Positions 52,342-64,000 of a DNA stretch of 64,000 bases are shown piece after piece. The stretch's first letter is position 1, and the number at the start of each line of letters is the position of its first letter. The notes under the pieces were generated by a model. It worked only from the letters and a program-made list of their open reading frames with translations, was not told the origin of the DNA and made no database searches. This stretch comes from Octopus vulgaris. Taxonomy: Eukaryota. The DNA lies in assembly GCA_951406725.2 (NCBI GenBank), contig OX597820.1, forward strand, positions 100,440,001 through 100,504,000, given 5' to 3'. The position numbers were made by a program, and so were the translations under genes.

Positions 52342-54460
52342 TCCTGCCAAAATGAATGAATCTTGGAATCGTGTTCTGCCTGGCAATATACAAGGTAACA
52401 TTCTAACAGGCAAGTCTCTTCCTTTTTATTTAGACCATTTCCATCGATGTTCAAATTCAAGGAAATCAACCAAAATATTTGAACCAGATAATAATTTTCA
52501 ACTCAGTAAGGACAAATTATTAGAGTTAGTTCAAACATTTGATAACTTGGCTCAACAAAAATCACACATAGAACAAATCAACAATCAAGGAATTGAAGAA
52601 CTTCAAACAACTTCAAAGACACTTCATATTGATCTGACAGAACTCACTCAAGGCAAACATTTTCATCAGTCAAAAACCATCAATAAAAGAAACCAAAACT
52701 GTATTAGTCCAAGAATTAAAATTAGTAATGATCAATTTAAAGATACACCAATATGGTCTCCAAAACCAAAGAGTAATAATCTTCATTGTACAGAAAGAAG
52801 GGTTCATCATAAACCAGTTAGTAATGGTTCAGAACCTTGTGTCAAACTACAAAATATAGATATTAAAGTCAATAATATGATTTTAAAAGCTGCATATTGT
52901 AAAAAACAAAATGACTGGTCTAAGACAGGATCTCCTGGCCTTAGACATATTGTCCAGTCTAAAGCAATAGCTGAAAGAATTTCAGAGTTGAATGAAATGA
53001 AAAGAAAAACTGATAATTTGTCTAATGTATTATCTGTCAGAAACTCTTTAACATCAACACCAACAAAAAGTTGTTTCATAAAAGACAAACAAACAAACTC
53101 ACCACAGACATTTAGCCATAAAAGCCAATCTCTTAAACAACAAATTCTTTCCCAACAGACTGTTCTTGGAGAAATACAGAATGTTTCTAATAATTTAGTA
53201 TCATATAAAATACAGTCAAGTTCTTCATTTAATTATATTCCAAGTGAGAAATACCGAAAGTCTAAAACTATTTTAACTAAGAAATTATTAATGCCCCCAA
53301 AACACTTTAAAAAGCCAAATTATGCAGCAAAGACAGAGGAGTTTGGAGATGGTAAGCCAAAGTTACATTTGTTTCATGAAATGGTTGTATCACTTAACAA
53401 CCAAAAGCTGAGTTCTTCAAAAGATAACTGGTTGAATCAGATATACCGTAAAATAAAAGAGAATAAAGAAAATACAGACACCACTATTGAACAGTTGAGG
53501 CAAAGCATTACAGGTGTCAATGGATGCGGTGAAAGTATGGATTTTAAATCTAGAACCAGAGAATTGAATCGTTCAAATGCATTTTATTCTAAAGTCAGAC
53601 CATTTTCTACAGTAACTGGACAAATGAAAGCTAATATAGATAGAAATAGTTCACTAGTGACAAAATCAACCCAAAAAGAAGTTAATTTGAATAACCGAAG
53701 TTCCTTTTGTAGTGAGGCTGAAGCAAAGAGGTGTTCTAGAACCGCAAATGTTGTGAAACAGTTTTCACTAAAAAAACAATTGAGCATAACTGCTCCAAAC
53801 CAAAGGATTCTCAGCCAAATTTCATTAAAATATAATCAAAGAAATAGAAAAGATCTTGAATGGAAGTTAAATTTGTTTGAATTACAAAGGAGGGTAAGAA
53901 GATACACACAAAATCGAGTGAACCCTTTGAGTGAAGAGATGAAAATTAAACAAGAAAATAGAGCTACAGATGAGTTCAAAGCAGGGCTGGATTCTGGCTT
54001 AAATGTCATTAGTTTCAAAGAGATTATTCCACATTTAAATAAAAATCAAAATGTATCAGAGAGTAAAAATCCTAAACTAAAAACAGTTGTCAATTCCAAA
54101 TTACCTGATGAATTAATTCTAAAAAAATCCAAACTGTTCCCATCAACTGTCAAAAACAAAAAGTCTTTAAAGAACTACCAGAATCTTTTTCGAATAAAAC
54201 GCTGTCTTCCACAGAAACCTGACAAAGCTGTTCCTGAAATAAATGCGACTTCTTCAGAATCAGATGTCAAGAAAACTAACAATCATTTAGAATCAGATGA
54301 TTGCGGAGCAAAGCCATGTTCTGGGCACACAGTTATCACAAACATGGATTATCACTCCTACAAAAATGAGGCCACTGTTTGTAGCAGTGGATCATCTTCG
54401 AAAATATTAAAATTCAATGCCAATTCAAACAAATACTCTAAAAGAAGTTCAAGCTTGGAG
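52342..54460 (+). CDS. Large coding exon of an uncharacterised basic K/N/S-rich protein (ATG 52352; about 751 aa with the terminal exon)
   Basis: 705-codon ORF in very AT-rich DNA; tttcAG acceptor at 52341 and GAG|GTAAGT donor at 54460; no domain recognised. Confidence 0.8.
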
Positions 54461-54602
54461 GTAAGTTAAAGTTTATGGGCATTTTCTTCTGCTTTATGGA
54501 CCTTTTTTAATGCTTGAACCATATCAATAATGTTGCATTGGAAAATATGACTCACCCTAGGTCCCAAATTATCACAAATATTTCAGCAATATATATATAT
54601 AT

Positions 54603-54766
54603 CAGGAGTGGCTGTGTGGTAAGTAGCTTCCTTACCAAACCACTTGGTTCTGAGTTCAATCCCACTACATGGCACCTTGGGCAAGTGTCTTCTGCTATAG
54701 CCTTGGGCTGACCAAAGCCTTGTGAATGGATTTTGTAGATGGAAACTGAAAGGAGCATGTCATATA

Positions 54767-54862
<96 letters not shown>

Positions 54863-56045
54863 TGTGTGTCTGTGTTTGTCCCCGCACCATCACATGACAA
54901 CAGATGCTAGTGTGTTTACGTCCATGTAACTTAGCGGTTCGGCAAAAGAGATGATAGAATAAGTACTAGGTTTACAAAGAATAAGTTCTTGGGTCGATTT
55001 GTTCAACTAAAGGCGGTGCTCCAGCATGGCTGCAGTCAAATGACTGAAAAAGTAAATGAATAAATAGGCACAGGTATGGCTGTGTGGTAAGAAGCTTGCT
55101 TTCCAACCACATGGTTCAGGGTTCAGTCCCACTGTGTGGCACCTTAGGCAAGTATCTTCTACTATAGCTTGAGGCTGACTAAAGAGTGGATTTGTTTGAT
55201 GGAAACTGAAAGAAGCCTGTCGTATATATATATATATATATATATATAGGTGCAGGAGTGGGTGTGTGGTAAGTAGCTTTCTTACCAACCATATGGATCC
55301 AGGTTCAGTCCCACTGGTTGCATGTTGGAGAAATGTGTTCTACTATAGCCTGAAGCTGACCAAAGCCTTGTGAGTGGATATGGTAGACGGAAACTGAAAG
55401 AAGCCCGTCGTATATCATCATCATCATCGTTGTTTAGCGTCCGTTTTCCATGCTGGCATGAGTTGGACAGTTTGATTGAGGTCTGGAGAACCAGCGGCTG
55501 CACCAGGCTCCAATCTGACAATGTTTCTACAGGTAGATGCTGTTCCTAACACCAACCACTCCAAGAGTGTAGTGAGTACTTTTTAGGTACAGGAGCCAGT
55601 CAGGCAGGCCTGGCATCTATCATGTTCAGATAGTGCTTTTTACGTGCCACCAGCATGGGAGCCAGTTAGGAAGCGCTGGCATTGGCCATGTTCAGATGCC
55701 AGTACATGGCCAATGCCAATACCCCATGACTGGCTCTCATGCTGTTGGCACATAAAAAGCACTATCCATGCTATATATATATGTATGTATATATATGTGT
55801 GTGTATATGTGTATACATGTATGTATGTGTATATGCTTATGTATCTGTGTTTGTCGCCCCAACATCGCTTGACAACTGATGCTGGTGTGTTTACATCCCT
55901 GTAACATAGCAGTTCGGCAAAAGACACCAATGGAATAAGTACTAGGTTTACAAAGAATAAGTACTGAGGTTGAGTTATTCAACTAAAGGTGGTGCTCCAG
56001 CATGGCTGCAGTCAAATGACTGAAATAAATAGAAGAATAGAAGAA

Positions 56046-56077
<32 letters not shown>

Positions 56078-56190
56078 TTTATGTGTGTGTCATTGTGTCT
56101 GTTTGTCTCCCTGCCCACCATTGCTTGACAGCACGAGGTTGTGAGTTCGAATCCCGGACTGGGCTGCATGTTGTGTTCTTGAGCCAGACA
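54603..56190 (+). mobile_element. Pile of at least three head-to-tail SINEs plus an RTE tail in the last intron of the uncharacterised gene
   Basis: Repeated SINE heads at about 54605, 55075 and 55255; SINE tails at about 54860-55050 and 55840-56035. Confidence 0.75.
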
Positions 56191-56210
56191 AATGAAAAGA
56201 TACAAAATAT

Positions 56211-56290
56211 AATTAGCCACATACCAGGTTTCATTGTTACCATTTACATAATTACATATGTAAACGTCCGCAATTCATCAGTGGTGAATT
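56211..56290 (-). ncRNA. Hammerhead motif with extended stem II
   Basis: Minus strand: AAUUCACCA-CUGAUGA-AUUG...UUUACAU..AUGUAAA...CAAU-GAAAC-CUG-GUA^UGUGGCUAAUU; canonical core, imperfect stem I. Confidence 0.6.
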
Positions 56291-56439
56291 TTCTTGAGAA
56301 GAATCTTTTCTTGGTGGTCCAAGAAAAGATTCTTCTCAAGAAAATTCACTACTGATGATGGATGTCCACTTAGTGGTCATCCTTCTTATATATATATATA
56401 TATATATACATATATATAAAATACATAAATATATATATA

Positions 56440-57810
56440 CATAAGAGAAATAACCACCAATGTGGATTCCTAATATGTTAGAAGAAGACACCAAATCGCC
56501 TTACCACAAAGAATATGTTCTCAAAAATTTTAGCAAACGCCAGAATGTATGTGAGCAAGACAGATAAAAGGAGACAAAATAAAGCAATTAACTCCATACG
56601 TTAAGATTTCATTATGAATGGTCACAAAGGTGATCATCTGTAGCACTTTAGCGAAGTCGTCGCAGGATACATAATCTGCGGAACTAGATACAAAACATCC
56701 TCACAACAGAGAACATGCATAAAGCTCCACCAATTACGTATCAGGATCTCATTTTTCAAATGACTTCATGCTGGCACACCAAAACCGGAAAGAAATCTGC
56801 ATATTAGGAATATTAGGAATCCACCTTAGTAGCTATTCCTCTTATTTATATAAGTAATAAAATTTATAGTCTTCAGACATTTTGAAGTATGCTAGGCCAC
56901 GGTGTGGTAAGTAGCTTGCTTGCCAACCACATGGTTCCGGGTTCAGTCCCACTGTGTGGAACCATAGGCATGTGTCTTCTACTATAGCGTTGGGCTGACC
57001 AAAGCCTTGTGAGTGGATTTGGTAGACGGAAACTGAAAGAAGCCCGTCGTATATATGTATATATATATATATGTATGTGTGTATATGTTTGTGTGTCTGT
57101 GTTTGTCCCCCCAACATCGCTTGACAACTGATGGTGGTGTGTTTACACCCCCGTAACTTAGCAGTTCAGCAAAAGAGACCGATAGAATAAGTACTAGGCT
57201 TACAAAGAATAAGTCCTGGGGTCGATTTGCTTGACTAAAAGTGGTGCTCCAGCACAGCTGCAGTCAAATGACTGAAACAAGTAAAAGAGTGATATTAATT
57301 TCTACATTCGTTATTCAATTTTTAAATAGCCATGTTCTCTAGCTGATGGTTTTGCTGTAGAACTTTATTAATCACAGATCCTTTCCGGTTTTGGCATACC
57401 AGTGTGAAGACATTTGTAAAATGAGATCCTGATACATAATTGGTGGAACTTTATGCATGTTCTCTGTTGTGAGGATGTTTTGTATCTAGTTCCACAGATT
57501 ATGTATCCTGCAACGACTTCACTGAAGAGCTACGGATAATCACATAAGTGATCATTGATAGCGAAATCTTAAGGCATGGAGTTAATTGCTTTATTTTGTC
57601 TTGCTTGCATACATTTTGGCATTTGGTAAAATTTTTGAGAGCATATTCTCTGTGATAAGGTGGGTTGGCGTCTTCTTCTAACATATCAGAATCCACCTTG
57701 GTGGCTATTCCTCTTATTTATATATGTAATATAATTTATAATCTTCAGACATTTTTAAGTATACTAGGCCACTGGTTTATTTAATAATATTAATTTCTAC
57801 CCTCATTATT
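56440..57810. mobile_element. Inverted pair of Penelope-like pLTR copies (about 56440-56800 minus, about 57375-57810 plus) with a partial third copy split by a SINE
   Basis: About 350 bp diverged reverse-complement match containing hammerhead remnants; 56810-56900 repeats 57690-57775. Confidence 0.65.
57515..57583 (+). ncRNA. Degenerate hammerhead motif in a Penelope-like pLTR
   Basis: GACUUCA-CUGAAGA-GCUA...UAGC-GAAAU-CUUAAG-GCA-UGGAGUU; triplet mutated to GCA; the inverted copy at about 56590-56660 keeps GUA but has a decayed core. Confidence 0.5.
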
Positions 57811-57850
57811 TAATTTTTATATATATGTATGCATGCATATATATATGGGT

Positions 57851-57907
<57 letters not shown>

Positions 57908-58222
57908 CATACATATATATATATAGATAGATAGATAAAACTTACTTGGAAGTGAATGCGTGGCATTCAATCATATAATAACAAAATAATAAATAAAACA
58001 TATGCATCTATACATTCATATATGTAACATACCTACATCTATATGTATATATACATCCATATATGTATACAGGACACCAAAAAACGTAGAACACAATGAG
58101 AAACGAAAACATAAAAACAAAAACATCGAAACAGACTTTTTTTCAAACAACGAAAAAACAGATATATACATATATATATATGGGTATATATATATATATA
58201 TGTGTGTGTGTGCATATACATA

Positions 58223-58281
<59 letters not shown>

Positions 58282-59177
58282 ATGTATATAAAAGTTCAAT
58301 TAGAGGTTAAATAAGCCTCATTAAGGAATAATAATATCCAATGAATTTACTGTAAACTTAACACATATATATACAAAAATGTAATGGTATATCTTTTTTC
58401 TACCTCCATTGAGATTCAACTTTATAATGATTTAATTATTTTAATTAATTTTAAAGTTTGAATCAAAATAGCTGTCAGAGATTGTGTCTATTTTCATAAT
58501 TAATAAATATAATTATTGATTGATTTATCACTATTTTCTTTTCTTCATATAAATGTCTATATATTCTATTATTTTTTCTTTATTCTTTTACTTGTTTCAG
58601 TCATTTGACTGCGGCCATGCCGGAGCACCGCCTTTAGTCAAGCAAATCGACCCCAGGACTTATTCTTAGTAAGCCCAGTACTTATTCTATTGGTCTCTTT
58701 TGCTGAACCACTAAGTTATGGGGACGTAAACACACCAGCATTGGTTGTCATGAGATGTTGGTGGGGACAAACAGACACACAAACATGTACACACACATAT
58801 GTATATGACGGGCTTCTTTTCAATTTCCATCTACCAAATCCACTCACAAGGTTTTGATCAGTGCGAGTCTATAGTAGAAAACACTTGTCCAAGGTGCCAT
58901 GTGGTTGGTAAGCAAGCTGCTTACCACACAGCCACTCTTATTCTTTTGTTTGTTTCAGTCATTTGATTGTGAACATGCTGCAGCGCTGTCTTTAGTCAAA
59001 CAAATCACCCCCAAGACTTATTCCTTGTAAGCCTAGTACTTATTCTATCAGTCTCTTTTGCCAAACCGCTAAGTTACAAGGACATAAACATGCCAACATC
59101 AGTTGTCAAGGGATGGTAGGGGAATAAACATAAACATAAACATATGCACACACACACACATATACATATGTATGTAT

Positions 59178-59227
<50 letters not shown>

Positions 59228-61063
59228 TCATCATCATCATCGTTTAACGTCCATTTTCCATGCTAGCATGGGTTGGACGGTTCAACTGGGGTCTGGGAAG
59301 CCAGTAGGCTGCACCAGGCCCAGTCTGATCTGGCAGTGTTTCTACAGCAGGATGCCCTTCCTAACGCCAACCACTCCGTGAGTGTAGTGGGTGCTTTTTA
59401 CGTGCCACTGGCACAAGTGCCAGACGAGGCTGGCAAACGGCCACGATTGGATGGTGCTTTTTACGTGCCACCAGCACGGAGGCCAGTCAGGGCGGCGCTG
59501 GCAACAGCCACGTTCGGATGGTTCTCTTATGTGCCACCGGCACTAGTATCACAGCTACAATTCCCATTGATATATATATAAAAGTTTTGGGTTAAAATTC
59601 TATAGAAAATATACAAGTGAAGAACTGCAATTTAGATTTAGTTTGGTTTCATACAAATTTCATACAGTTGGAACCACACACACGCTATCTTGTCAGTATA
59701 TTTATATACCAGTTTGTTTTATAAATCAGAATAACTCATATGGTGGTATTGATTTGATATTTAGGGCACAAGGAAAATTACACAATACACCGCAGCACAT
59801 GTGACATAATTTTCAGAATCTTTGGAAAAGTTGAATACTCAGCTGTAAATGAATAACCCTTCAATGGACTGGCATCCTGTTTGGTGGTGGAGTTATTGTG
59901 ATCTTTATCACTTGTACACCATGGGAACAGTTTATGAGTCCAAGAACTCTAGGACAGTACTATCCAGAGAACTTACTTACTCATAAAGAAAGCAAAGTAA
60001 TGCACACAAACATACCTGGAACACTTTGAAGCGGCACATTTGGTAAATACTCTAATATAAAATCTTGAAACTGCAAACTATATATTACAGAAACGGTCCT
60101 GTTTGAATTCTCAATCTTTTGTGCAGCAAATCACAACATAAAATAGCACATGTTGCTTCATCCCAGATTGCACCTAGGTTATACCTGCTATGATAGCAAA
60201 GCAAAAATATCTAAATTGATAAAATGATGGCCTTTCTGTGTGTGCAGGGAGCAGAGTGTGTTGCTGTAGCATACTGTTACATACACAGTCCCTTCCATTC
60301 CATGCTCAAACTCCCTGTCCCATACACAAAAAAGCACATAAGCGAATTTTACAACCTCAAATGTCATTCAGATCAAACATTTTACTAGGTTACCCAATTC
60401 ACCCAACACCTAACACAGCCATCCAAGAATTTGGACCTGGAGATTTCCATTTCCAGTGACTTCGAGGGCCACCTCCCAGTGGTGCCGGGTGTCAACGAAG
60501 AGCCCTCGACTACAACAAGATGACCAAAGTTCTTTTTTTTCCAAAGGTCTGGGGTCTCCCACCCCTAAGCCCTAGACCACCTAATCACCCTTATTGGTCT
60601 TGTTGCTTAACAACAACAACAACAACAACAACACCTAACACAGTAAAAGAACAATAACTGTTATGATCTGACTGAGTTCATTTTGATCATCTTCATTGTG
60701 GGTCATGATCTGAAACTATGGCAGTCATAGATGATCTCTTTCTAGCACTAGGCCTTATCAGATATTGCTCCTGATAAAATAGACCGCACTACAAAAACAA
60801 CACATCTTAGATATCTTTCAATGATGAAGCTTGTCTCATAGAACAATTTACTGAGCTGTAGTGTTGATAAAGCATTAGATCTTTTTATTTGTGTCTCAGT
60901 TTTCTCGCAGTTTTTGTTTACTATGCATTTGTGTGTTAAAAATTATAATGAAATATATATTACTGAATTTTGTTGCTAAATTATAATTTATATTTAAAAA
61001 AAGAAATTAATAATTTATTATTTTAGTTTAGTTTATATTAATTTTGAAAGTATTATATTTCAG

Positions 61064-61210
61064 CCAAACAGAAGTATAGTTCCAGAGGCATCTGACTGTT
61101 GTTTACCAGAAAGCTTTTCTAAAGACACTTTAAAAGCATTCATTTACAATTCCAAATCTTCTTATATGGAATATGAGCACAGAAAATTCCGTGGATTAAG
61201 TCCAAAGTGA
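61064..61210 (+). CDS. Probable terminal exon of the uncharacterised gene (PNRSIVPEASDCCLPESFSKDTLKAFIYNSKSSYMEYEHRKFRGLSPK*)
   Basis: tatttcAG acceptor after AT-rich intron, phase 0 matches the 54460 donor, open 48 codons to TGA; AATAAA motifs downstream near 61586. Confidence 0.7.
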   Translation, partial: PNRSIVPEASDCCLPESFSKDTLKAFIYNSKSSYMEYEHRKFRGLSPK

Positions 61211-62384
61211 TTTAAATGATTTAAAGGATTAAACTGTTTTTTTTTTTATTATATAAAAAATATATTTAAAAAAGAAAACAAAACATAAAATATCATTGTT
61301 GTTTAATGATAAGAAGTTATGAAAACTGATGGCTGTGTGTGTAAAAATATTGATTTCTTTTGATTTGGTTGAAGATTATATTTTGTAGTGAGCTGAGCTA
61401 ACCACAGTATATAACTGGTAGTTATTGTATTGAACCTGGAGGAATTAAAGGCAGAGATGGTTTTGGCAGTTTTGAACCTTAAACTGTAAGAGAGCAAACT
61501 AAATATCTTAATGCATAAGTCTGGTGTTTTATCATACATATTTCCAAAGGAAATATAAAAACAGATTTTAACATTGAATAACAGAATAAATAAAATTTAT
61601 GCAACACATTCATTTTCCATGACAGCATAGATAGGGAGTTGTTTTGATTTATTTTTAAAGTTTGGTTATTTATATAACTAGCAGAGATACCTGGCTTCGC
61701 TCAGGATTAAAATGGCATACTTTCTTATTGTTTTACTCACTTCGGTCATGTGACTATGGCCATGCTAGAGCACCATCTTTAGTTGAAAAGATTGACAACA
61801 GGATTTATTCTTTGTAAGCATAGTACTTATTCTATCGGTATGTTTTGCAAACGGCTAAGTTATGGCGATGTGAACAAAGCAACATCACAAACCAAATCAC
61901 CATGATACTAGTCTATAGAAAACTATGGCTTACTAATATACTCATCCTTTCTCTGATGACTATTTGGGATCAAAACACAAGTTACCAAGAGCATCTAATC
62001 ACAAAGCAAATTATTACAGTGATGGAGGGGATGCAAACACAGACACACAAACACACACATATATATACATATATAAATAAATATATATATATATATACAT
62101 AAAAGTATATATATACATACATATATATGTACATGCTGTATATATATGTATATATATATATACATATATAGGGGGAGAATTCACAAAAAACAAAGGACAA
62201 AGACAGGTGGTGTAGACAACAAACAAATGTATTAACTAAATGCTCGGGAAATGAAAAAGTCTTTAACATTTCGAGCCTACGCACTTCCACTGAAAGGAAC
62301 ATAGAAAGAATCAAGGAGAGAAAATAAAGAATGTGTAGTGGCTAGCGATTTAGCATGTATATATATACATATATATATATGTGC

Positions 62385-62423
<39 letters not shown>

Positions 62424-62626
62424 ATCCAAACATGAACAAAGAGAAAACACGTGAGGATGTGGAACAAGTATAGTGTTATTGGACGCTCAGGAGAGGGAAG
62501 AAAGAAGGAGATCTTCCTCAGAGATATAGAAAAAAGAAAAGGTCCAAAGAAAGGAAAAGAAAGAAAATCACCAATGATACTGGCCAATATATATATACAT
62601 TTATATATGTGTATACATATATATTC

Positions 62627-62670
<44 letters not shown>

Positions 62671-62971
62671 GATGTACTTGCATAGCAAGTAATTTGATCT
62701 GAGATCGTGTGCTGAAACGAAAACAATTGCAGCAAGTAATTTATATATACATGTATATACTCGCTAAAATCCGCAATATGTTCACTGACAAAAATTCTAG
62801 CATGGATTTTTGTCAGTAAAATATATACCAATATATAACTTAAATGTTATATTAAATGGCTTATAAACACCTTCCATCATTGTTATATATATATATATAT
62901 CTTTATATATATATATATATATATATATAACAAACATTACATGACATGTATGCAGAGGGAATATATATATA

Positions 62972-63235
62972 TGCCCCTCTGGTGAATCTCTGACATGTCA
63001 TGTAATGTTATGGATTGGCCCTGCCCCTCTGGCTAATCTGACATGTCACATAATGTTATGGATTGGGTCTACCCCTCTGGCTAATCTGACATGTCATGTA
63101 ATGTTATGAGTTGAATCTACCGCTTTAGCGAATCTGACATGTCATGTAATGTTATGGATTGGGTCTGCCCCTCTGACTAATCTGACATGTCATGTAATGT
63201 TATGGATGGCCCTGCCCTGGCAAATCCCCCCCGAC
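62972..63235 (+). repeat. 48-bp minisatellite, about five copies
   Basis: TCTGACATGTCA starts at 62989, 63037, 63085, 63133 and 63181 (exact 48-nt period); inverted partial unit at about 62933-62960. Confidence 0.92.
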
Positions 63236-63242
63236 ATGTTGT

Positions 63243-64000
63243 GTCTCTTAGGCATTGAACTGATGAGCTTTGTGGAACTTCTGCCCACTTTTCATTCAAC
63301 AATCAAAAGAATTCACCTTTAGCTTTAGGTTTCTGTTGAGTTTTTCGTATAGCTCTATCTCATATACTCCATAGATTTTCAATTGGGTTCATGTCAAGAG
63401 ATTGGCTGGGCCAAGTAAGCTTTTTCATCTCATTTTCAGTCAGCCATTGTTGATTCCTTTTCGCTGTATGGCATGGAGCCCCATCTTCCATGAATAAAAA
63501 CTCATTTTTCGTTATGTTATTATGTGAATACATCGGAAGTAGTCGTTGCTTAAGTATTTCGATGTATTTTGCAGAGTTTATGGTTCCAATACATTCAATC
63601 AGCTTAAAACGACCATTGCTGGTGACAGCTCCCCATACCATTACAGAGATACCGCCATGTTTCACAGTTGGTTGGAGTTGTTTCAAATCAAATTCTTGAT
63701 TGGGAAGCCTCCTGATCCAAACACGTCTACTGTCTGAAAATAATGCAAATCTGGGTTCATCTGAGAAAATCACGCTATCCTAAAATGAACTGGATTTCTC
63801 TGACATCTCCTCATTTCTTTCTTTTCATGATATTAATTGGTTGAAAGAGAGGTTTTCTTCTAGCGGCTTTTCCATAATATCTAAGCTTATGCAGATATGT
63901 AACACATGTTCTTGGACTAACTTCTAGCTGTTTTGCAATATCAGAAACCTTTGAACGGGGTTCGTTTTTCACAATTCTCTTCAAACAGTGACGCTTCCTT
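63243..64000 (-). mobile_element. Tc1 DD34E transposase pseudogene running off the window edge
   Basis: IFSDEPRF, PTVKHGGISVMVWG, FMEDGAPCH-(34)-NPIENLW. Confidence 0.88.

Noticed and set aside
62972-63235. CRISPR-like array (also considered for 3412-3780)
   Set aside because: The intervening sequences are homologous to each other rather than unique spacers; eukaryotic context and no cas genes

Overview
AT-rich, repeat-dense animal genomic DNA; the SINE, RTE and (TA)/(CA) microsatellite landscape suggests a coleoid cephalopod, probably Octopus (inference). The window holds one complete 12-exon + strand gene (9133-29942, about 746 aa) that I rebuilt from GT-AG boundaries and phases. It encodes the piRNA-pathway pseudo-nuclease EXD1: N-terminal Sm-like domain, degenerate DEDDy domain and a long repetitive tail. 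A second + strand gene of unknown function has a 2.1-kb coding exon (52342-54460) spliced to a terminal exon (61064-61210). The rest is mobile DNA: RTE LINEs and tails, an R4/Dong-type LINE, tRNA SINEs, Helitrons, piggyBac and hAT MITEs, a Gypsy relic and three Tc1/mariner classes (DD34E, DD36E, DD37D). The most striking non-coding signal is a set of minimal type-I hammerhead ribozyme motifs in Penelope-like pseudo-LTR sequences, mostly inside inverted repeats. The largest is a 3.4-kb, microsatellite-filled palindrome (43795-47210) with an outward-facing hammerhead at each end. All calls are by eye; no searches or folding computations were run.
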